Part shown: positions 7,466 through 11,329 of the stretch, in pieces
Layout of the letters: each line of letters begins with the position of its first letter
How positions within the stretch are numbered: position 1 is the stretch's first letter
From: Abditibacteriaceae bacterium
GTDB taxonomy: Bacteria; Armatimonadota; Abditibacteriia; Abditibacteriales; Abditibacteriaceae
Direction of reading: 5' to 3'
Assembly: GCA_031425655.1 (NCBI GenBank)
Contig: JANPJS010000142.1
Coordinates: 1 to 11,329, forward strand
DNA length: 11,329 nt
The notes under the pieces: generated by a model
Seen by the model: the letters and a program-made list of their open reading frames with translations, nothing else
What the model was told of the DNA's origin: nothing
Database searches by the model: none
Program-made: the position numbers and the translations under genes

Positions 7466-8269
7466 ATGCCGAATCCGTTTCCCGGAATGAATCCGTATCT
7501 CGAAGAGCCGGTCAGTTGGCGCGACGTGCATACGCGGCTAATAGCCTACATTGCCGATGCTCTGGCGCCGCAAATCAGGCCGCGCTATGTGGCGCGCGTC
7601 GAAGAAAGTGTGCTGTTAGATGATTTCGGGCACGAATTGAGGCCCGACGTTGCGGTATCGGAGATGGGCGGAAATGGGCAGAGCGGCAACGGCTCTTCTG
7701 AGTCGCACCGATATGCGATGGAAAGCGGTGGAACGGCAGTGGCTGTGGCGCCGCTGATTTTGGAATTGCCTGAAGATCCGCCGCACCGATTCATCGAGAT
7801 TCTCGACCCGCGCGGCGGCGAAGTGGTAACCGTAATTGAAGTGCTATGTCCGACCAACAAAAGAGCGTCGGGATACGGGCAACGGAAATACACGCAGAAA
7901 GTAGGTGCGTTGGTGGCCAGCGATGTGAACATCGTCGAAATTGATTTGCTGCGCGGCGGCTTGCCGACAACAATCGTTGAATGGGAGCCGGGGCTTCGTG
8001 TGCCGGCCCACGATTATATTTTTTCCGTTTCGCGCGGCGCCAATCGCCAACGCTATGAGGTTTATCCGTTTAGGTTGCGCGATTCCGTGCCGCCGATTGC
8101 CATTCCGCTGCGCCGCGCCGACGCGGATGCCGTGCTGCAATTGGCGCCTCTGATTGAGCGCATTTACGAAAATGGCTCTTACGACCAGTTGGTTGATTAC
8201 GGCAAGATACCGCCTTTGCCGCCTCTCAACGACAACGATGCGCGATGGATGGAAGAATTGCTCAAATAA
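7466..8269 (+). CDS. DUF4058 family protein (predicted PD-(D/E)XK restriction-endonuclease-like fold)
   Basis: Diagnostic N-terminus MPNPFPGMNPYLE..W..VH. Further motifs LRPDVAV, FIEI..VVTVIEVLCPTNK, Y..K, VEIDLLRGG, P.IAIPLR..DAD..L.L and IDY-like LVDY..P.PPL. 267 aa. Confidence 0.85.
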   Translation: MPNPFPGMNPYLEEPVSWRDVHTRLIAYIADALAPQIRPRYVARVEESVLLDDFGHELRPDVAVSEMGGNGQSGNGSSESHRYAMESGGTAVAVAPLILELPEDPPHRFIEILDPRGGEVVTVIEVLCPTNKRASGYGQRKYTQKVGALVASDVNIVEIDLLRGGLPTTIVEWEPGLRVPAHDYIFSVSRGANRQRYEVYPFRLRDSVPPIAIPLRRADADAVLQLAPLIERIYENGSYDQLVDYGKIPPLPPLNDNDARWMEELLK

Positions 8270-8322
8270 AAAGGTTTGCGCCCGCCCGAAACCAAGCCGG
8301 AAGTGCAAAACGAGGAGATTTC

Positions 8323-8526
8323 ATGAAATACGGCCTCGCCGTATGGGTTATGCTGGTCATTCTGCTCCACAACGATCTGTGGAACTGGACGAACAAAACG
8401 CTGGTTTTCGGCTTCGTGCCGATTGGCTTGGCTTACCACATCGGTTACGCGTTTTTGGCGTGCCTGACTATGATTCTGCTGGTGAAATTCGCCTGGCCAT
8501 CGCATCTTGAGGAGTTAGAGAATTAG
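8323..8526 (+). CDS. Small two-helix membrane protein, DUF3311-like partner of the sodium:solute symporter
   Basis: GAGGAG RBS at 8312-8317 before ATG 8323. 67 aa with two hydrophobic segments and the motif LHNDLWNW..TLVFGFVPIGLAYH..AWP. It directly precedes an SSS gene, the usual position for these accessory proteins. Confidence 0.75.
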   Translation: MKYGLAVWVMLVILLHNDLWNWTNKTLVFGFVPIGLAYHIGYAFLACLTMILLVKFAWPSHLEELEN

Positions 8527-8626
8527 GGATGAGGGCGGAAGGATGAGGGATGAAATGGGCGCTACGCGCCGAAAGGCGTGGCGCCGCAGGCGCTTTTTCA
8601 TCCCTCATCCCTCCGCCCTCATCCCT
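8525..8626. repeat. Intergenic inverted repeat built from AGGGATG heptamers, with an internal GC-rich hairpin
   Basis: 8525-8555 (agggatg agggcgg aaggatg agggatg aaa) pairs with 8596-8626 (ttt catccct catccct ccgccct catccct): 31 bp, 1 mismatch. The 40-nt spacer holds GGCGCTAC-gc-GCC-GAAA-GGC-GTGGCGCC and an overlapping GCGCC-GCA-GGCGC. Confidence 0.93.
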
Positions 8627-8634
8627 CGATAATT

Positions 8635-10209
8635 ATGAAGCCTGAATTTATCGTTTTCGCCTATTTGGCCGTTGTTATTTTCATTGGCATCTTCGCGTTT
8701 CGCAAAAGCAAAAACGAAGGCGAAGATTTTTTTCTGGCCAACCGTTCACTTGGCCCCGCCGTGTTTTTGCTGTCGCTGTTCGGCACCAATATGACGGCGG
8801 TGGCGATTTTAGGCAGCTCTGGGCTGGCTTATCAGCGCGGCATCGGCGTTTTTGGCCTGATGGCTTCGGCGTCGTGCCTGATTATTCCTCTTACGCTGTT
8901 TCTCATCGGCACGCGCCTGTGGTATTTGGGCAAAAAGTTCGGCCACATCACGCAGGTGCAGTTTCTGCGCGACCGCTGGGAATGCGCCGGAATCGGCACG
9001 TTTATCTCGATTCTCACCGCCGTGATGCTGATTCCGTATATCATCGTCGGCGTGATGGGCGGCGGCGAAACGCTGGAAACCATTAGCGATGGCCGCGTGC
9101 CTTTTGCGGTCGGCGGCGGCGTCGTGGCGCTGGTTGTAATGAGCTACGTTTTCTTCGGCGGAATGCGCGGCACGGCGTGGGTGAATGCGTTTCAAACCGT
9201 GCTGTTTTTGTGCTTCGGAGCCATCGCTTTTATTCTGATTGGCCGCTATTTAGGCGGTTTCGATACCGCGATGGAAAAGTTGGCCAACGCGCCCAAAGTG
9301 GAAGGCAAACCGTGGGCGGCGACGCTGCTGTCGCGCGAGCGAATTCCCATTGGTGAGTTCTTGTCGTATATGTTCATTCCGCTCAGCGCGATCATGTTTC
9401 CGCACGTCGCTATCATGTGTTTGACGGCGGAAAAAGTGACGCATTTCAAGCGCACCATTATTTTCTATCCGATTTGCATCATGGCGATTTGGGCGCCTTC
9501 GGTTTATCTGGGTGTCATCGCCGCCTCGAAATACAAAGGTTTGCCGCCCGGCGAAACCAACAACGTGATTATCATGCTGCTGACCGACAGCACCAATCCG
9601 CTTTTGGCCGGACTTTTAGGCGCCGGCATCATGGCCTGCGTGATGGCCTCCGATAGTCAGATTTTGGCGCTCTCCACGATTTTCACCGAAGACCTTTTCG
9701 CGTTTTACGGCGGCAAAAAGAAGTTCGGCGAAAAAATGCAGGTCTGGACAGGTCGCATTTTCGTGGTCATTGTGACGTTAGTTTCGTATTTCATCGCCCT
9801 TGCGCTGAAAGACAAAGAAGGCATTTTCGAGCTGGCGGTGCGCTTTGCGTTTTCAGGCTTCGCGGCTTTGGCGCCGATTATGTTAGCAGCGCTGTTCTGG
9901 AGGCGCAGCACCAAATGGGGCGCTTTGGCGGCTTCGTCGTGGGTAGCTTTCGCCATGCTTGGAACGTGGCATTTAACCAACATTTCCGATGCGATTAAGC
10001 CGAAACCGGGCCTGCCGCCTGCCGTTATCGAAGGCTTTGGCGGCCTGTTTACGCGCACGCCGGTCAACGTGATGGTCGGCGGCTACTTGCCCGTGATGCC
10101 GATGTGCATCATCGCGGCGATTCTTGTCGTCGCCGTGTCGCTTATTACGCCGCCGCCGAGCCAAGCCACGATTGACAAGTATTTTCCGGCAGAAAAATTG
10201 AAATCATGA
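8635..10209 (+). CDS. Sodium:solute symporter (SSS/SLC5, PutP/PanF-like) family protein
   Basis: ATG 8635 (MKPEFIVFAYL). The extension to 8578 is repeat-derived. Motifs EDFFLANRSLG, LFGTNMT, FLRDRW, YVFFGGMRGTAWVNAFQ, GIMACVMASDSQ, LFWRRSTKWGA and VSLITPPP, with about 13 hydrophobic segments. Confidence 0.93.
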   Translation: MKPEFIVFAYLAVVIFIGIFAFRKSKNEGEDFFLANRSLGPAVFLLSLFGTNMTAVAILGSSGLAYQRGIGVFGLMASASCLIIPLTLFLIGTRLWYLGKKFGHITQVQFLRDRWECAGIGTFISILTAVMLIPYIIVGVMGGGETLETISDGRVPFAVGGGVVALVVMSYVFFGGMRGTAWVNAFQTVLFLCFGAIAFILIGRYLGGFDTAMEKLANAPKVEGKPWAATLLSRERIPIGEFLSYMFIPLSAIMFPHVAIMCLTAEKVTHFKRTIIFYPICIMAIWAPSVYLGVIAASKYKGLPPGETNNVIIMLLTDSTNPLLAGLLGAGIMACVMASDSQILALSTIFTEDLFAFYGGKKKFGEKMQVWTGRIFVVIVTLVSYFIALALKDKEGIFELAVRFAFSGFAALAPIMLAALFWRRSTKWGALAASSWVAFAMLGTWHLTNISDAIKPKPGLPPAVIEGFGGLFTRTPVNVMVGGYLPVMPMCIIAAILVVAVSLITPPPSQATIDKYFPAEKLKS

Positions 10210-11258
10210 TTACGCAAGATCAACTCGACGCGCACGTGCGCGAAATTATTGAATGGCACTTCGCGCCGGAAACCGGATGCCCATTTTGGCTCGATTGGGC
10301 CGCGAAAAATGGCGACCCGCGCGAAAAAGTGCAGTCTTACGCCGATTTATTGGCGCATTTCGATCATTTTCAAGACGAATGGCTGCGCGACGAGCAAAAC
10401 TGGCGCTTTGTGCCCAAAGCTTTCGCCGGACAGCCGTATTACGTTTTCGAGACCGGCGGCACAACCGGAATGCCCAAACAGCGCATCAGTTGGAACGATC
10501 ATAATCTCGATTATGAAGAGTTTTCCAACACGCTCAGCGACGAATCGTTCCCGCGCGGCGCCAACTGGCTGATGCTCGGCCCAACCGGGCCGCGTCGCTT
10601 GCGTCTTGCGATTGAACACTTGGCTCATGTGCGCGGCGGCGTGTGTTATCACGTTGATCTTGATCCGCGCTGGGTCAAACGACTCATTCAAACCAACGAT
10701 GGCGAAATGGCGAATCGCTATAAAGAACACGTCGTCGAGCAGGGCGCCACGATTTTAAAAAACCGCCCGATTCAATGCCTTTTCACCACGCCGAAGCTTT
10801 TGGAATCTCTGGCCGAAAAAATAGATGTGCCGGGCGCCGGTATCAAAGGCGTGTTTTGCGGCGGCACGCAAATGACGCCGCAGATCGTGCGCTTTTTAGT
10901 TGAAGAAGTGCTCGATAATCGCGCGCAGTTCGTCCCGACTTACGGCAACACGCTGATGGGCCTTGCGTGCAGCAAACCGCTGAAGAGCGAGGACAATTGG
11001 AGCGTGACCTACTACGCGCCGCAGCCGCGCGCGGTTTTACGCATCGTTGACCCCAACGACACGCAGCGCACCGTCGAATACGGCGAGCGGGGCCGCGTCG
11101 AATTGACGACATTGACCAAAGAATTTTTCATGCCGCGCTTTTTGGAGCGCGACGAAGCGATTCGCCGCGAACCGTGCGAGGGCTACGCCGGCGACGGTGT
11201 CGGCGAAGTGCGTCCGTTCGGGCAAATGGAAAAGAAGACGATTGAAGGGGTGTATTAA
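10206..11258 (+). CDS. EhpF-like atypical adenylating enzyme (truncated ANL/PaaK/LuxE-related fold)
   Basis: 350 aa with an ATGA overlap with the symporter stop. WHFAPETGCPFWL, P-loop FETGGTTGMPK, GPTGP, DLDPRWVKR, FTTP, GGT, TYGNT, TVEYGERG, ERD.AIR and terminal IEGVY match my recollection of Pantoea agglomerans EhpF. It ends shortly after the RD motif, so the small C-terminal ANL domain is absent. Confidence 0.8.
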   Translation: MITQDQLDAHVREIIEWHFAPETGCPFWLDWAAKNGDPREKVQSYADLLAHFDHFQDEWLRDEQNWRFVPKAFAGQPYYVFETGGTTGMPKQRISWNDHNLDYEEFSNTLSDESFPRGANWLMLGPTGPRRLRLAIEHLAHVRGGVCYHVDLDPRWVKRLIQTNDGEMANRYKEHVVEQGATILKNRPIQCLFTTPKLLESLAEKIDVPGAGIKGVFCGGTQMTPQIVRFLVEEVLDNRAQFVPTYGNTLMGLACSKPLKSEDNWSVTYYAPQPRAVLRIVDPNDTQRTVEYGERGRVELTTLTKEFFMPRFLERDEAIRREPCEGYAGDGVGEVRPFGQMEKKTIEGVY

Positions 11259-11277
11259 TGCTTCATGCCCTGTGCCA

Positions 11278-11323
11278 CCCAGCGATAAATCGCCGGGCTG
11301 AAACACCAAGCCCCTCCGGGGCT
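11278..11323. repeat. REP-like double-hairpin element (may continue beyond the window)
   Basis: Hairpin 1: CCCAGCGAT-AA-ATCGCCGGG (11278-11297, one mismatch) followed by CT. Hairpin 2: AGCCCC-TCC-GGGGCT (11309-11323). Neither has a U-tract. Confidence 0.6.
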
Positions 11324-11329
11324 ATGCTC

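Noticed and set aside
8245..8322. Longer start for the small membrane protein, and a weak GGTTT/AAACC stem at about 8273-8293 as a terminator
   Set aside because: The strong GAGGAG RBS supports ATG 8323. The stem is only 5 bp with no U-tract.
8578..8634. GTG start giving the MAPQALFHPSSLRPHPS extension on the symporter
   Set aside because: It is a translation of the CATCCCT repeat arm. The SSS first helix begins right after ATG 8635.
10206..11258. Calling this paaK, or evidence of phenazine biosynthesis
   Set aside because: It is too short for PaaK and lacks the C-terminal domain. No paa or phz genes are in the window, so the gene symbol is withheld.
11278..11323. Rho-independent terminator after the EhpF-like gene
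   Set aside because: Neither hairpin is followed by a U-rich tract on either strand. The layout fits a REP-like repeat better.

Overview
An 11.3-kb, moderately GC-rich bacterial window with every credible gene on the + strand. It opens with the tail of a signalling cluster: the last codons of a probable receiver protein, then a soluble hybrid histidine kinase with an unusual DHp-(degenerate DHp)-REC-DHp-HATPase layout. From about 1917 an apparent operon encodes three exported or anchored PQQ-like (BamB/PQQ_2-type) beta-propeller proteins, a DUF4058 protein that looks inserted, a small DUF3311-like membrane protein with a sodium:solute symporter, and a translationally coupled EhpF-like truncated adenylating enzyme. 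No phenazine core genes lie in the window, so this may be an uncharacterised capture, import and carboxylate-activation system. Three gene junctions each hold a long inverted repeat built from a different short tandem unit (AGTGACG, CGCAAAT-N2-3, AGGGATG), running from the upstream stop codon to just before the next start. A REP-like double hairpin sits at the window end, inside an open frame flanked by a duplicated ATGCT. All family assignments come from motif recognition and memory, not database searches.
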